From an uncultured bacterium (GTDB taxonomy: Bacteria; Patescibacteriota; Dojkabacteria; J137), in NCBI GenBank assembly GCA_963700155.1, contig OY969472.1, positions 1,064,690 to 1,128,689 of the forward strand: a stretch of DNA of 64,000 nt, given 5' to 3'. The first letter of the stretch is position 1. Each line of letters starts with the position of its first letter. Both the position numbers and the translations under genes were made by a program. Shown here in pieces: positions 17,365-27,988 of the stretch. A model generated the notes under the pieces. That model was not told the DNA's origin, did no database searches, and worked only from the letters and a program-made list of their open reading frames with translations.

Positions 17365-19605
17365 TTAATAATTTCCACTATATCCAGGAGGAAGTGTTAG
17401 TTTACCAACTAGTCTATCTTTAAAACTATCTAAACTATCAAGTATTTGAACTCTTGATAAAAAATATCGTCCAGAATATCGATTATCAATTGCTCCTCCA
17501 CAACTAAACCCAAGAAGATATCCATCATTAATTTCATAATTTACTGAATTCCCATTAACTGCACAATAAGGGTAAGCTATAGCTATCACATCTTTCCCAG
17601 TAATGGCTTCAATAGCTGCTTTACTTCCTCCTATTTGTGTTTGTAAATCACTTGAGCTTGTTAGTTTTGATAAATCAGAATGTGACACAGTATGTGATTC
17701 TATTGACATTCCATTTTTACTCATCTCTTTTATTTGATCGTTAGTCAAGAATAATGAACCTGAAATTAAGAAAAATGTTGCCTTAAGATCATATTTTTTT
17801 AAAATAGGATAAGCAGCAGTGTATTGAGAATTAGTTCCATCATCAAATGTAATAAGAACTGATTTTTGACTTGGATTTTTATCTTCCTTTAAATCATTAT
17901 AATATTCTTCTATTGTTAGTGATCTATAATTATTTTTTACTAAATATGCCATTTGTTGTTCAAAAATTTCAGGAGATACATAATATTCTTTTGTATAGTT
18001 GTTTGGAGGTGTTTCAATACGATGGTACATTAATACAGGAATCCTAACTGTATTAACAGGTTGATATACTGGGGTAGGTGAATCTGTATCAAGATTATCG
18101 ACAGTTGTGTTGAAATCTTTTTCAATAATACTTTTATAATCGTCTCCGATATCATATATATAAAAGATATTTGCAGCAATAATATCTCCTTTTTTTTTGT
18201 TTATTAAATTAAGATTTAAATATTCATTGTCTGAATTTGGAATATATTGAACTAAGTAAGAGAATATTTTTGATAGATCTTCTCGTTGTGAAGTAGAAAA
18301 AGAATTATTTAATCCAATTAAAGTATAAAGTTTCTCGAAGTTGTTAAGTAAATTATTATTATTTTCTGAAGTATAGTTGTAAAAATCAAAAATTTCTTTT
18401 TGGTATGCAGTTAAATAAATTAATCGCAACAGTACATCATTATTAGCAGCTAAGTATATATTATTATAATTTTGTAGAGCTTTATCTATTTCTGATGGTT
18501 CAACTAGAGTATCTTTATTATAAAAATTCATATAAGAAGAAACTGAAATAGCATCTTTTTGTGAATTATTTCCTACCAAAGGATTTAATGTCCAAAGCAA
18601 TATATCATCAATATTATCTACTGGTGATGTGTCTTGGCTTTTCGTTAATTTGGTTTGAGAACCTATTTTAGCTAGAATTGAATCATAATTTTTCTTACTC
18701 TCATTTAATCCTAAAACTTGTGAATCATTTCTATTCTTTAATAGAGATGCTTGAATATTTCTTATATCAATATTATCTGCGGAGGATACATTAATAGATT
18801 CATAAAAAGTTTTAAATTTATTGTCCGATGGTTTTAATGAATAAAAGTTAAATGTTTCGAAATCATTATTAATATTTGAAACTTCATTTTGCTGAGCAAT
18901 ACTTTGAATTAAAACTAATTTATAAAATGAATTCACATTTGGATCACCAAAATAATCATTAAATTTACTCCATGCTTCCTCTAAAGAAGATGACGTATTC
19001 TTATTTATAAGTGTGGAGATATTGTCTAATAGTTCAATATTATTTGAAATTGCAGCTGATATATTTGAATCATAAAATGTAAAAATTCTTTTTAAAGTTT
19101 CAGAATATTTAAGAGAATTGATTATTGAGTGAAAATGATTTCGTAAAACCTCATTGTAAAATTTTATTTTTTCATTACGAATGATATTAAGTGATGAATT
19201 AATTATAAAATTATCATTTATCTGAATAGGTGTCTTATTATTTACTAAAGTAAGATAATTAAAGTCATTTGAGACTTTAGAACTTGTTTCACCTAAATTT
19301 AAAAACTCTACTTCGTTTTTATACGATAAACTATATGTTTTTCCTAGGCTTATATAACTATCAGGAAGTTTATTAAGTGAAGTATCATTAATATTTCCAG
19401 TGATAAATTTTGAACTACTATATTTTATCCCTGAGCTGAAATTATAACTTGGATACTCTGAAAAATTTAAGTTATAGGTTTGTTTTGAAATTATAAAATA
19501 ACTTCCTAAAATTAATACAAATCCTAAAGTTATAAATAGAATGCTACGTGGATTCAAATGAGAATTCTTTAATTTTTGTTCAATATATTTAGAAATATAG
19601 TACAT
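17365..19605 (-). CDS. large membrane-anchored extracytoplasmic protein with C-terminal polysaccharide deacetylase (CE4/NodB) domain
   Basis: N-terminal TM; C-terminal RIPVLMYHRIE...ITFDDGT..QY...P.L.KY...ATFF is typical of CE4 deacetylases. Confidence 0.6.
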   Translation of the reverse strand: MYYISKYIEQKLKNSHLNPRSILFITLGFVLILGSYFIISKQTYNLNFSEYPSYNFSSGIKYSSSKFITGNINDTSLNKLPDSYISLGKTYSLSYKNEVEFLNLGETSSKVSNDFNYLTLVNNKTPIQINDNFIINSSLNIIRNEKIKFYNEVLRNHFHSIINSLKYSETLKRIFTFYDSNISAAISNNIELLDNISTLINKNTSSSLEEAWSKFNDYFGDPNVNSFYKLVLIQSIAQQNEVSNINNDFETFNFYSLKPSDNKFKTFYESINVSSADNIDIRNIQASLLKNRNDSQVLGLNESKKNYDSILAKIGSQTKLTKSQDTSPVDNIDDILLWTLNPLVGNNSQKDAISVSSYMNFYNKDTLVEPSEIDKALQNYNNIYLAANNDVLLRLIYLTAYQKEIFDFYNYTSENNNNLLNNFEKLYTLIGLNNSFSTSQREDLSKIFSYLVQYIPNSDNEYLNLNLINKKKGDIIAANIFYIYDIGDDYKSIIEKDFNTTVDNLDTDSPTPVYQPVNTVRIPVLMYHRIETPPNNYTKEYYVSPEIFEQQMAYLVKNNYRSLTIEEYYNDLKEDKNPSQKSVLITFDDGTNSQYTAAYPILKKYDLKATFFLISGSLFLTNDQIKEMSKNGMSIESHTVSHSDLSKLTSSSDLQTQIGGSKAAIEAITGKDVIAIAYPYCAVNGNSVNYEINDGYLLGFSCGGAIDNRYSGRYFLSRVQILDSLDSFKDRLVGKLTLPPGYSGNY

Positions 19606-19679
19606 ATGTATAGTAAAACTTACTAATTCAATATACTAAAGAAAGTAATTTCTTAAAAGAGGAACATAGACAGATTATT

Positions 19680-20786
19680 TTAAATAATAATTCCTCCTCC
19701 AATACATTTATCTTTATCATAAACCACTAAGCTTTGTCCTGAAGTTACTGCTCTCTGTGATTCAGAAAATATGAATTTTTTATTTGCTATATCTAAGTGG
19801 CCAGGCTGAGGTTTCTGACGATAACGGATTGAAGCTGAAAGTTCTTTATTATTTGTGATATTTTTAGAAATTTCAGGATTAATAAAATGAATATTTTCAA
19901 GTTCAACTTCAGATTTATATAATTTCGGATGATTAGTTCCATGTCCAACGAACAATATATTGTTTTTTATGTCCTTGTTTACAACAAAATATGGGATTGC
20001 CTGGCCGCCTATTTTAATTCCTTCTCTTTGTCCAATAGTATAAAAGTAAATTCCTTTGTGTTCTCCAACAATTTCATTTGTGTCTATATCTTTTATCATA
20101 CCAACATTTTCAGGTATTCTAGACATTAAGAACTTTAGAACATTTATTTCACCAATAAAACATATACCTTGACTATCAGGTTTTTCAGCATTTGGTAACT
20201 TAAACTTTTTTGCAAGTTTTCTTACTTCCAATTTCTCTAAATTACCTACAGGGTAAAATACACGAAGTAATTGTTCTTGTGTAATATTGTACAAAAAATA
20301 ACTTTGATCTTTTTTAGGATCAATACCTTTTAATAAGTTATGATTACCATCTTTATCAATTTCATGTCTTGCATAATGTCCTGTAGCAATATAATCAGCA
20401 CCATCTGATAAAGATTTTTCTAAAAATAATTTAAATTTTATTTCTTTGTTACACATTACATCTGGGTTTGGGGTCCTTCCTCTTTTATATTCATCAAAGA
20501 AGTATTCAACTACTTTTTCTCTATATATTTTTTCAAAGTTATATGCACGGAATTCAATTCCAAGAACTTTACATACTGATTCTGCATCTTTTTGATCTTG
20601 TTCCCATGGGCATTCAGATTGAATTCCGTAATCATCCCCTGACCAGTTTTTCATATAAACTCCTGTTACTTCATATCCTTGTTGTTTTAATAAAGCTGCT
20701 GAAACTGCAGAATCAACTCCACCTGAAAGTCCTACAAATACTTTTAGTTTATTTCTTGAATTCATAGATGCTATTTTAACATGCAA
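19680..20786 (-). CDS. mnmA: tRNA-specific 2-thiouridylase
   Basis: PP-loop GLSGGVDSAVSA; catalytic Cys context; 368 aa. Confidence 0.9.
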   Translation of the reverse strand: MHVKIASMNSRNKLKVFVGLSGGVDSAVSAALLKQQGYEVTGVYMKNWSGDDYGIQSECPWEQDQKDAESVCKVLGIEFRAYNFEKIYREKVVEYFFDEYKRGRTPNPDVMCNKEIKFKLFLEKSLSDGADYIATGHYARHEIDKDGNHNLLKGIDPKKDQSYFLYNITQEQLLRVFYPVGNLEKLEVRKLAKKFKLPNAEKPDSQGICFIGEINVLKFLMSRIPENVGMIKDIDTNEIVGEHKGIYFYTIGQREGIKIGGQAIPYFVVNKDIKNNILFVGHGTNHPKLYKSEVELENIHFINPEISKNITNNKELSASIRYRQKPQPGHLDIANKKFIFSESQRAVTSGQSLVVYDKDKCIGGGIII

Positions 20787-21028
20787 GTACTAAAAAATCT
20801 TAACTATAAATGAATCTATTGATATAATTAAAATTATATAATTGAACGAAATTATGAATGTAAATGAAATTGCTACAGCGAATTTTAATACATTTATAAG
20901 TTTTTTCCCTGAAGCTAAACTTACTTCTGATCAAAAAGAAGTCTTAAAGTTTTTTTTTTCTAATCTACTATTTTGAAACAATAGCTGATAATTCAAATGT
21001 AATAGATGGTTTTGAATATGATTACTGG

Positions 21029-21430
21029 GTGGACGACGTAATAAAACAGATACAACTTTTTATAAATTCAAAAAAAATTGAACTTAGTTCAAATCAATTT
21101 AATAGTTTTATCGAATATTTCGTACTTAATTTAATAAAAATATATATTTATTTTTTTAATTCTAAAAATAGAAGGAATAATATTTATAAGATTTTAAATA
21201 AAACATTAAATAAAATCAGGGCTATTCCTGAAGAATACAACTATGTATCAAAAGTATTAGAAGAAAACTCACTTGAGATTTACAAATCTCGTAATTACGA
21301 TTTTTCTGTAAAGGAAATACTAGTTGCTTTAAGTAATCTTTTAGATATTTATAAGATTGATCCGAAGTTGAGAAAACAGCTTGAGATCAAAATTAGAAGC
21401 ATATTTGAAATTTACATAATCGAATCTTAA
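21029..21430 (+). CDS. hypothetical protein; probably the downstream part of a gene interrupted at a T10 tract (see findings)
   Basis: GTG-initiated ORF. The same frame is open from 20948, and a separate ATG-initiated 40-codon ORF (20854-20976) is linked to it by a +1 shift within TTTTTTTTTT at 20950-20959. Confidence 0.4.
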   Translation: MDDVIKQIQLFINSKKIELSSNQFNSFIEYFVLNLIKIYIYFFNSKNRRNNIYKILNKTLNKIRAIPEEYNYVSKVLEENSLEIYKSRNYDFSVKEILVALSNLLDIYKIDPKLRKQLEIKIRSIFEIYIIES

Positions 21431-22326
21431 TTAAGATTGTTAAGTATATCTCTTAACTCTGCAGCATTTTCAAATTCAAGCATATCTGCGAAGAGTTGCA
21501 TTTGGAACTTTAATTCTTTAACAAATTTCTTCTGTTCGGCTTTTGGCATTGCCTTGTAACCTTCTGCACGTTTTTTAATATCATCTTCTTTCTCTTCAGA
21601 TTCTTTATCAACTTCTTTAAATTTATCTAATTGATCTCTAATTTCTTTCTTAATACTCTGAGGAGTAATTCCATGTTCTTTGTTAAATTTGTCTTGAATT
21701 TCTCTTCTTCTTCGAGTTTCATCAATAGCAAACTTCATAGAATCAGTAATTCTGTCTGCATACATAATTACCCTACCTTCAACATGTCGTGCTGCTCTTC
21801 CTATAACTTGAATTAGACTAGTTTGTGATCTTAAAAATCCTTCTTTATCTGCATCTAGAATAGCAACAAGAGATACTTCCGGAAGATCTAGACCTTCTCT
21901 TAATAAATTAATCCCTACTAAAACATCATATAATCCTTTTCTTAAGTCTCTAAGTATTTCAACTCTTTCTACTGTATCAATATCAGAATGTAAATATTTA
22001 CTTTTAATACCTTTTTCTATTAAAAAGTCAGAGAGTTCTTCTGACATTCTCTTTGTTAAAGTTGTTACTAGAACTCTCTGACCTTTCCCAATAACTTTAG
22101 TAATTTCATCTATTAAATCAGGAACTTGTGGCTTTTCCCATGTGGTTGAAGAATATGCTGGCATATTGGTATATCCATTTTTTTTCAGTTCATTTTTTAC
22201 TTTTTCAAAGGTTTCAGGCAAAGATGGTCTTATTTCAACGTATGGGTCTAAAAGACCAGTTGGCCTAATGATTTGATACACAATGCCTTCATAATTTTTA
22301 GGAAGATTATTATTCATAACTAGCAT
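21427..22326 (-). CDS. uvrB: excinuclease ABC subunit B, C-terminal half only (helicase domain 2 plus UvrC-interaction UVR domain)
   Basis: Near-identical to UvrB residues about 410-670 ([74 protein letters not shown]-terminal EFE.AAELRD). The ORF is only 299 aa. No N-terminal ATPase/beta-hairpin half lies upstream; 22330-22560 is non-coding. Confidence 0.8.
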   Translation of the reverse strand: MLVMNNNLPKNYEGIVYQIIRPTGLLDPYVEIRPSLPETFEKVKNELKKNGYTNMPAYSSTTWEKPQVPDLIDEITKVIGKGQRVLVTTLTKRMSEELSDFLIEKGIKSKYLHSDIDTVERVEILRDLRKGLYDVLVGINLLREGLDLPEVSLVAILDADKEGFLRSQTSLIQVIGRAARHVEGRVIMYADRITDSMKFAIDETRRRREIQDKFNKEHGITPQSIKKEIRDQLDKFKEVDKESEEKEDDIKKRAEGYKAMPKAEQKKFVKELKFQMQLFADMLEFENAAELRDILNNLN

Positions 22327-22562
22327 TTTAACATGCGTATACTATTTCTTTAATAATTCATAATGTTTTCATTTCAAGAAGATATTATAAAAATAAGTAG
22401 TAATTCAGTCATTTATTTTGGCTTGATAAGTTATAAAATATTGACATGTTTCACACCAAAAATCGTGATACATATAATGATACAGTAATATGCTATTTAA
22501 TCTTGTCAAAATACATTGGAGGGAGTACTATTTAAATAGTAATATATTTTATCATCATTCTG

Positions 22563-22919
22563 ATGAAATACCTTTTTACTGCACCAGCACTTACAAAACC
22601 AACTTTCGAAACTCTTCAAGAGTATTCAATTAAACGATTCAATAAAATCGAAAAACTTCTTAAGGATATAAGATCCTCTGAGTTAAATTTGAAAATATCA
22701 GTCACAAAAGTGAAACACACATTTTGTATTGTAGTCGAAATTTATATGGGTAATATAAGTAAACCTATAATAGTAAAAGAGAAGGACAATGATCTAAGAA
22801 GAATAATTGATAAAGCTTCTGCACAATTGAAAAACGAAATTATTAAGAATAAAAAGAAAAGATTTGATCTATCTAGATTAAGGAAACATTCAAAAAAAAC
22901 TTTTAATAATTACAGTTAA
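22563..22919 (+). CDS. hpf: ribosome hibernation promoting factor / ribosomal subunit interface protein
   Basis: 118 aa; pattern and size match the RaiA/HPF family. Confidence 0.6.
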   Translation: MKYLFTAPALTKPTFETLQEYSIKRFNKIEKLLKDIRSSELNLKISVTKVKHTFCIVVEIYMGNISKPIIVKEKDNDLRRIIDKASAQLKNEIIKNKKKRFDLSRLRKHSKKTFNNYS

Positions 22920-23009
22920 TTTACAGTTTTATTGATTTAATCATTTAAATAACATAAAATTTAAAAACTTGGTTAATGCCAAGAAATCAAAATTGAAAGG
23001 AGGAAAAAA

Positions 23010-23420
23010 ATGAAGATTAAATTAAATAAAAAAATTCTTTTTAGTATGCCAATAATTTCATCCCTATTAGTTACTGTACCTGTTCTTGCAAGTGGCTATG
23101 ATTATACTTATAGCAATGCAGCAGATGCAGCTGCAGCTACAACATTTTTAGGGGGTACTTTTTTGTTAGCATGCTGTCCATTAATAATATATGTAGTTTT
23201 TGATCTTGTAATTGCATATATAGTTTATTCAGATGCAAAGAAAAACAAAGTAGAAAACGGTGTACTATGGGCTGTTATTACTTTCTTCTTCTCATTAATT
23301 GGTTTGTTAGTTTACTTCTTAGCAATTAGACCTGAAGCTATGAAGAAACATTCTGGAATGGCTACACCAATGCCAGAAACAAAGAAAGAAGAGAATATGG
23401 AAGAACCAAAGAAAGAATAA
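23010..23420 (+). CDS. small membrane protein with PLDc_N-like helix
   Basis: Signal/TM at the N-terminus; VLWAVITFFFSLIGLLVYFLAIRP resembles the PLDc_N small-domain family. Confidence 0.3.
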   Translation: MKIKLNKKILFSMPIISSLLVTVPVLASGYDYTYSNAADAAAATTFLGGTFLLACCPLIIYVVFDLVIAYIVYSDAKKNKVENGVLWAVITFFFSLIGLLVYFLAIRPEAMKKHSGMATPMPETKKEENMEEPKKE

Positions 23421-23443
23421 TCTCGAGATTATTTTGTAATTAA

Positions 23444-23485
23444 AAGGGGTTCCTTTCAGGAACCCCTTCTTATTGCTATTTTTTA
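23444..23485. terminator. rho-independent terminator (bidirectional) between convergent genes
   Basis: Perfect 10-bp stem AAGGGGUUCC-UUUCA-GGAACCCCUU followed by CUUAUUGCUAUUUUUU. Confidence 0.6.
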
Positions 23486-23496
23486 GTGAAAATAAC

Positions 23497-24039
23497 CTAA
23501 TTGTTTTTAAAGACATCAATTAAAAAAGCAATATGAACTTCAATTGGTATTCCTATTAATTCTGCACCTTTCTTAATATCTTCCCTATTAACATTAGCAG
23601 CAAATCGTTTATCTTTAAGTTTCTTTTTTATTGATTTAACTTCCATATCTTGATACTTATTTGGTCTAATTAGTGAAGCTGCATTTAAAAATCCTGAAAG
23701 TTCATCACATGCAAATAAATATTTATCTATTTCTGAAACAGGTTGTTTACCTGTTCTTTCAGGTGCGTGGGCTTTAATTGCTTCAATAACTACTTCTGGA
23801 TATCCTTTCTCTATAAGTATTTCATTGCAAGCCTTATTTGGATGTTCATCTGGATACATTTCCCAATCTAGGTCATGTAAAAGACCAGCAGTCCACCATA
23901 TTTGAATTTCTTCATCAGACAAATTTAATTTTCTAGCATAGCTTTCCATAGCTTTTGCAACCATCTCACAATGATTAATTAAACTTTCATTTTTTATGTA
24001 CTCCCGAAGTAGTTTTTCAGATTGTTCTCTTGAAGGCAT
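23497..24039 (-). CDS. HD-domain phosphohydrolase
   Basis: LLHDLD plus conserved His upstream; 180 aa. Confidence 0.55.
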   Translation of the reverse strand: MPSREQSEKLLREYIKNESLINHCEMVAKAMESYARKLNLSDEEIQIWWTAGLLHDLDWEMYPDEHPNKACNEILIEKGYPEVVIEAIKAHAPERTGKQPVSEIDKYLFACDELSGFLNAASLIRPNKYQDMEVKSIKKKLKDKRFAANVNREDIKKGAELIGIPIEVHIAFLIDVFKNN

Positions 24040-24056
24040 AGCTTTCTTATTAACAT

Positions 24057-24461
24057 TTAATTTTGTGATACAACATCAAGAATTATATTTACCATTTTAT
24101 CTGCATTCTTATTTTCTTCTCTTAAAACATGGTTAAAAATAAGTAATGAGAACGATTTTGATTCCCTTTGAATTTCATTATAAAGTTTTCTTATATTTTC
24201 ATCTTTAACTTTGTACTCTCCATTTAATTGTTTTACGACTAATTCGCTATCCAAAGTGCAAGTTAAGTCTTTTATTTTTAATTTTTGTGCAAGTTTAAGA
24301 CCTAGTTTTAAAGCATTGTACTCTGCATAGTTATTTGTTGCTATTCCTAAATATTTTGCATCAAATGAAACAAGATTCAATTTATCATCGAAAATAAAAC
24401 ATCCTGCAGCACTAATTCCTGGATTCCCTCTAGATCCTCCATCAGTAAATAAATAAAACAT
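24057..24461 (-). CDS. rnhA: ribonuclease HI
   Basis: FTDGGSRGNPG...AEY.AL motifs of the RNase H type 1 fold; 134 aa. Confidence 0.7.
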   Translation of the reverse strand: MFYLFTDGGSRGNPGISAAGCFIFDDKLNLVSFDAKYLGIATNNYAEYNALKLGLKLAQKLKIKDLTCTLDSELVVKQLNGEYKVKDENIRKLYNEIQRESKSFSLLIFNHVLREENKNADKMVNIILDVVSQN

Positions 24462-24477
24462 AAATAAGGATTAAAAT

Positions 24478-25080
24478 TTAAAATTTATCAAAACTATTAA
24501 TAAACCAGTTAATATTGTAAACCCATCGTTGTCTATCATCTACATCACCGGCATATGTTTTAACGATACAAGTAAGACTTTTGTTGCAAGGTTCTATAAA
24601 TCTTTGAGATATTTTGCAAGAAATAGATGTAAGTGCATCTTCCCAACTTGAATATTGAACACCATCAAGATATCCAAATGGATTATATAATTTAACAGGT
24701 AATTTCCCAAAACCTGATTCATTCCCGGCAATTGCTAGTATTATCTTCCAATCACCATTGCAAGCATCTGCTTGTTCAACTATTATATGTCCAAGACCTT
24801 GAAATGGTGAGTTATATTTTTTTAAGACAGCTTCAACTTTTACTACTTTTGCATCAAATTCTTTTTTCAAAATTTCACTTCGTTTTGAGTTATATATTGC
24901 TTGTATTTCACTACTTACTTCAAATATAGGTTCAAAAGTGACAGTATTTCCTGCTGCAAAAGTATCATTTCTCTTTAAAGTAGCATTAGCAGAAAAAGTA
25001 CTTACATATAAAGTACCTAACAAAGTTGCTAAAAAAGACAACACAAGCATTAGTTTGAATGTTTTTCTAAACCTATTCAC
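24478..25080 (-). CDS. secreted glucosaminidase (GH73)-like peptidoglycan hydrolase
   Basis: Signal/TM N-terminus; AIAGNESGFGK...YNPFGY resembles the GH73 catalytic region. Confidence 0.35.
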   Translation of the reverse strand: MNRFRKTFKLMLVLSFLATLLGTLYVSTFSANATLKRNDTFAAGNTVTFEPIFEVSSEIQAIYNSKRSEILKKEFDAKVVKVEAVLKKYNSPFQGLGHIIVEQADACNGDWKIILAIAGNESGFGKLPVKLYNPFGYLDGVQYSSWEDALTSISCKISQRFIEPCNKSLTCIVKTYAGDVDDRQRWVYNINWFINSFDKF

Positions 25081-25099
25081 TTTTAAAATCTGTATTTAT

Positions 25100-26272
25100 T
25101 TATTGAAGAATTTCAATATTATTATTATTTTGTCCTCCTAAAAAGTTTAGCATTAAACTGCCTGAAGTAGAAATATGAGTAAACCTTTTATTTTTAAGTT
25201 TTAAATTATTGAAAATTTTGAGTGTAGCTTTACCACCAGCAATTTTAAAAGTATTTTGTTCTGTATTGAAAGCAACTTCTTCAGTAATAATATTACTTCC
25301 AACTCTGAAATTCTCATTTTTGTATTCACCCATTGGACCATACAATAATATTTTGTTCGAGCTTTCAATAATTTTTGAGTATTCCTCAATTGTTTTTGGA
25401 CCTATATCATAACCTCTTAGAATTTCCTCTCCATTTATATTTTGAATCTTTGAATTTTCAAGTACTTGATCAGAAGGTAATAACAATTCAATATTACGTT
25501 CTTTTATTAGTTTTAAAATAGTTTTTGCTGAATTAATTTGTTCTTTTGTAGCATTAAGCTCTTTTACCTTTTTACCTAAAGCTTGGAAAAATAAATAAGA
25601 CATTTCTCCACCTAACATAAGCTTATTAATATTCGAAATATCATTAATTATGTATTCAAGTTTTGCATCCTTAATTTTTCCACCAAAAATAACTAGATAA
25701 TTATCTGTTTTAATTTTTTTAAACTCATTTAGTTTGTTTATTTCATTTAATACTTGAAACCCAACAGCTTTCTTTTTAATTAACTTTGGTAAATCATAAA
25801 CAGATGCAAATTTTCTATCCTCTGAAAAGTCATCATATATATATGCATTAGCTAGTTCAGATAAATGTTTAACAAATTCTATTCGTTTTTCATCAATTTT
25901 ACTCTCTTCTTCTGGATTGAATTTAAGATTTTCAATCATTAAAACATCTCCAAACTCCATAAATTTGATTGAGTTCTCACAATGTTTAATATCAGCAAAT
26001 TTAACTGAAGTTGATAATGTATTCCCTAAAGCAAATCTTACAGGCATAAGAGATAAAGAATCGATATACTCTCCTTTTGGATCTCCCAAACTACCGATAA
26101 CAATTACTTTGCAATGTTTATCTATAAGGTATTTTATTGTTTTTGAAGCTGATTTTAGAATGGTTAAATCAGAAACCTCTCCATTTTCAATGGGAACGTC
26201 AAGATTTGCACGTACAATTACAATCTTTTCATCTAATTTAAGGTTTTCTAATGACCGCATTTTCTTTACCAT
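25100..26272 (-). CDS. pgk: phosphoglycerate kinase
   Basis: N-terminal VIVRANLDVP and the overall PGK pattern; 390 aa. Confidence 0.8.
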   Translation of the reverse strand: MVKKMRSLENLKLDEKIVIVRANLDVPIENGEVSDLTILKSASKTIKYLIDKHCKVIVIGSLGDPKGEYIDSLSLMPVRFALGNTLSTSVKFADIKHCENSIKFMEFGDVLMIENLKFNPEEESKIDEKRIEFVKHLSELANAYIYDDFSEDRKFASVYDLPKLIKKKAVGFQVLNEINKLNEFKKIKTDNYLVIFGGKIKDAKLEYIINDISNINKLMLGGEMSYLFFQALGKKVKELNATKEQINSAKTILKLIKERNIELLLPSDQVLENSKIQNINGEEILRGYDIGPKTIEEYSKIIESSNKILLYGPMGEYKNENFRVGSNIITEEVAFNTEQNTFKIAGGKATLKIFNNLKLKNKRFTHISTSGSLMLNFLGGQNNNNIEILQ

Positions 26273-26340
26273 GAAGGTATTTTACCATTTTTGAGGAAAA
26301 TTTTCCAGCATTTAAGATAAATATAAGATAATATTGTAAT

Positions 26341-27603
26341 TTAAGAAATTACTTCTTTACCCATATATTTTTGTAATACTTCTGGAATTCTAATTGTTCC
26401 ATCAATTTGCTGAAAATTTTCCATTATTGCAATAGGAAATCTTGACATAACTATCGCTGTACCATTAAGCATATGAACATAGTCTAGTTTTCCTTCAGAA
26501 TTTCGATACTTAATATTAAGATTCCTAGCTTGATAATCTGTGCAATTCGAAGTCGATGTTATTTCTCCATAATCATTTCTTCCGGGCATCCAGGCTTCAA
26601 TATCATAAGTTTTTGCTGAACTTGTTCCCATATCACCTGTACATTGCTGAACTACTCTATATGGTATTCCTAAACTTTGTATAATTTCTTCTTCATTAGC
26701 TAGCAATTCTTGATGCAAATTTTCTGAGTCTTCAGGTTTACAGTAAATGAACATTTCTAATTTTGTAAACTGGTGAACTCTATATAGACCTTTCGAATAT
26801 TTACCATATGCTCCTGCTTCTTTTCTAAAACAGTGAGATATTGCAGCGAATTTCATTGGTAGATTTTTCCCATCTATTATCTCATCAGCATACATTCCGG
26901 CCATTGTCACTTCGGCTGTGGCGATGAGGCCAAGATCTTCTCCATCAATTTCGTACGTTTGAGCCTCATCGCCTCTAGGAGAATATCCTGTTCCTAAATA
27001 ATATCTTGATTTAGCTAAATCTGGTGTTGTGACCAATGTATATCCCTTTTTCTCTAGAAATTCTAAACCATATTGAATTAGTGCGTATTCTAATTTAACT
27101 GCATCCCCTTTAAGATAATAAAATTGAGATCCAGCAACCTTTGCTCCGGAGTCAAAATCTAATATTCCTAGTTTTTTACCAATATCAAGATGACTTTTTG
27201 GTTCAAATTTAAATTCTGTCTTTTCACCAACTTTTCTTAATTCTTTATTGTCTTCACTAGTTTTTCCTATTGATACATCAGCCATAGTCATATTAGGAAT
27301 TTGGCTTATCAAATCATTCCATTTTATTGTTAGTTCTCTATAATTCTCTTCTTCAACTTTTATATCTATACTATTCCTTAATTCTACAGCCATTCTTTTT
27401 GCTTCTTCTGGATTAGTTTTCCCGATATTTGATATCTCATTTCTTTTAGCATTATGGTTTCCAATTTTCGATTGAACTTCTTTTCTAGTTTGATTTACTA
27501 ATAGCCAGTCATCGACAATAATTTCTTTTCCCACTCCATATCTGTTAATCATATTCTGCTTAATTTTTTCAACATTTTCGGTAATAAATTTTGGATCTAA
27601 CAT
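26341..27603 (-). CDS. serS: serine--tRNA ligase
   Basis: N-terminal coiled-coil arm plus a class II core (motif 2 FRKEAG, motif 3 region); 420 aa. Confidence 0.9.
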   Translation of the reverse strand: MLDPKFITENVEKIKQNMINRYGVGKEIIVDDWLLVNQTRKEVQSKIGNHNAKRNEISNIGKTNPEEAKRMAVELRNSIDIKVEEENYRELTIKWNDLISQIPNMTMADVSIGKTSEDNKELRKVGEKTEFKFEPKSHLDIGKKLGILDFDSGAKVAGSQFYYLKGDAVKLEYALIQYGLEFLEKKGYTLVTTPDLAKSRYYLGTGYSPRGDEAQTYEIDGEDLGLIATAEVTMAGMYADEIIDGKNLPMKFAAISHCFRKEAGAYGKYSKGLYRVHQFTKLEMFIYCKPEDSENLHQELLANEEEIIQSLGIPYRVVQQCTGDMGTSSAKTYDIEAWMPGRNDYGEITSTSNCTDYQARNLNIKYRNSEGKLDYVHMLNGTAIVMSRFPIAIMENFQQIDGTIRIPEVLQKYMGKEVIS

Positions 27604-27779
27604 TTGAGTAATTTAACAGTTATGAATTGTACTGTTTGAATTTTAAAATATTTTATTAAAAAAAGATATGTACTATATTAACTAATTGAATGATTTCTTT
27701 TAAATTATTGTTATAAGGCTTTGAATTCCTAGTTATAAATATACCAAAAGATAGTTAAGCTATTTACTAATTTAGTTTT

Positions 27780-27947
27780 AAAATATATAATTATTATGAC
27801 TTTGAAGTTCTTTGGCAAGACTGAGTCATACAAACTAAATAAAGCTGTCTCAAGAAGTTGAGAAATTAAGGTGGAACCGCGGGAAACCGTCCTTAAAATA
27901 TAATAATTTATATTTTGAGGACGGTTTTTTATTTTTAAAATTTGGTA
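27780..27947 (+). promoter_or_regulatory. T-box riboswitch leader, glyQS type, glycine specifier GGC
   Basis: Stem I (AUGACU...AGUCAU at 27796-27829) contains GGCA in the specifier position (27814-27817). A short linker and a stem III hairpin (UCUCAA-GAAG-UUGAGA) follow. The T-box sequence AAUUAAGGUGGAACCGCGGG matches the consensus AGGGUGGNACCGCG, and its UGGA pairs with the U73-CCA of tRNA-Gly. The terminator CCGUCCUUAAAAUAUAA...UUAUAUUUUGAGGACGG plus U6 lies at 27885-27947. There is no stem II, as in glyQS T-boxes. Confidence 0.6.
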
Positions 27948-27988
27948 TCCATATATAAGAATTATTCAATAGTTTTTAGTTAGAATTT

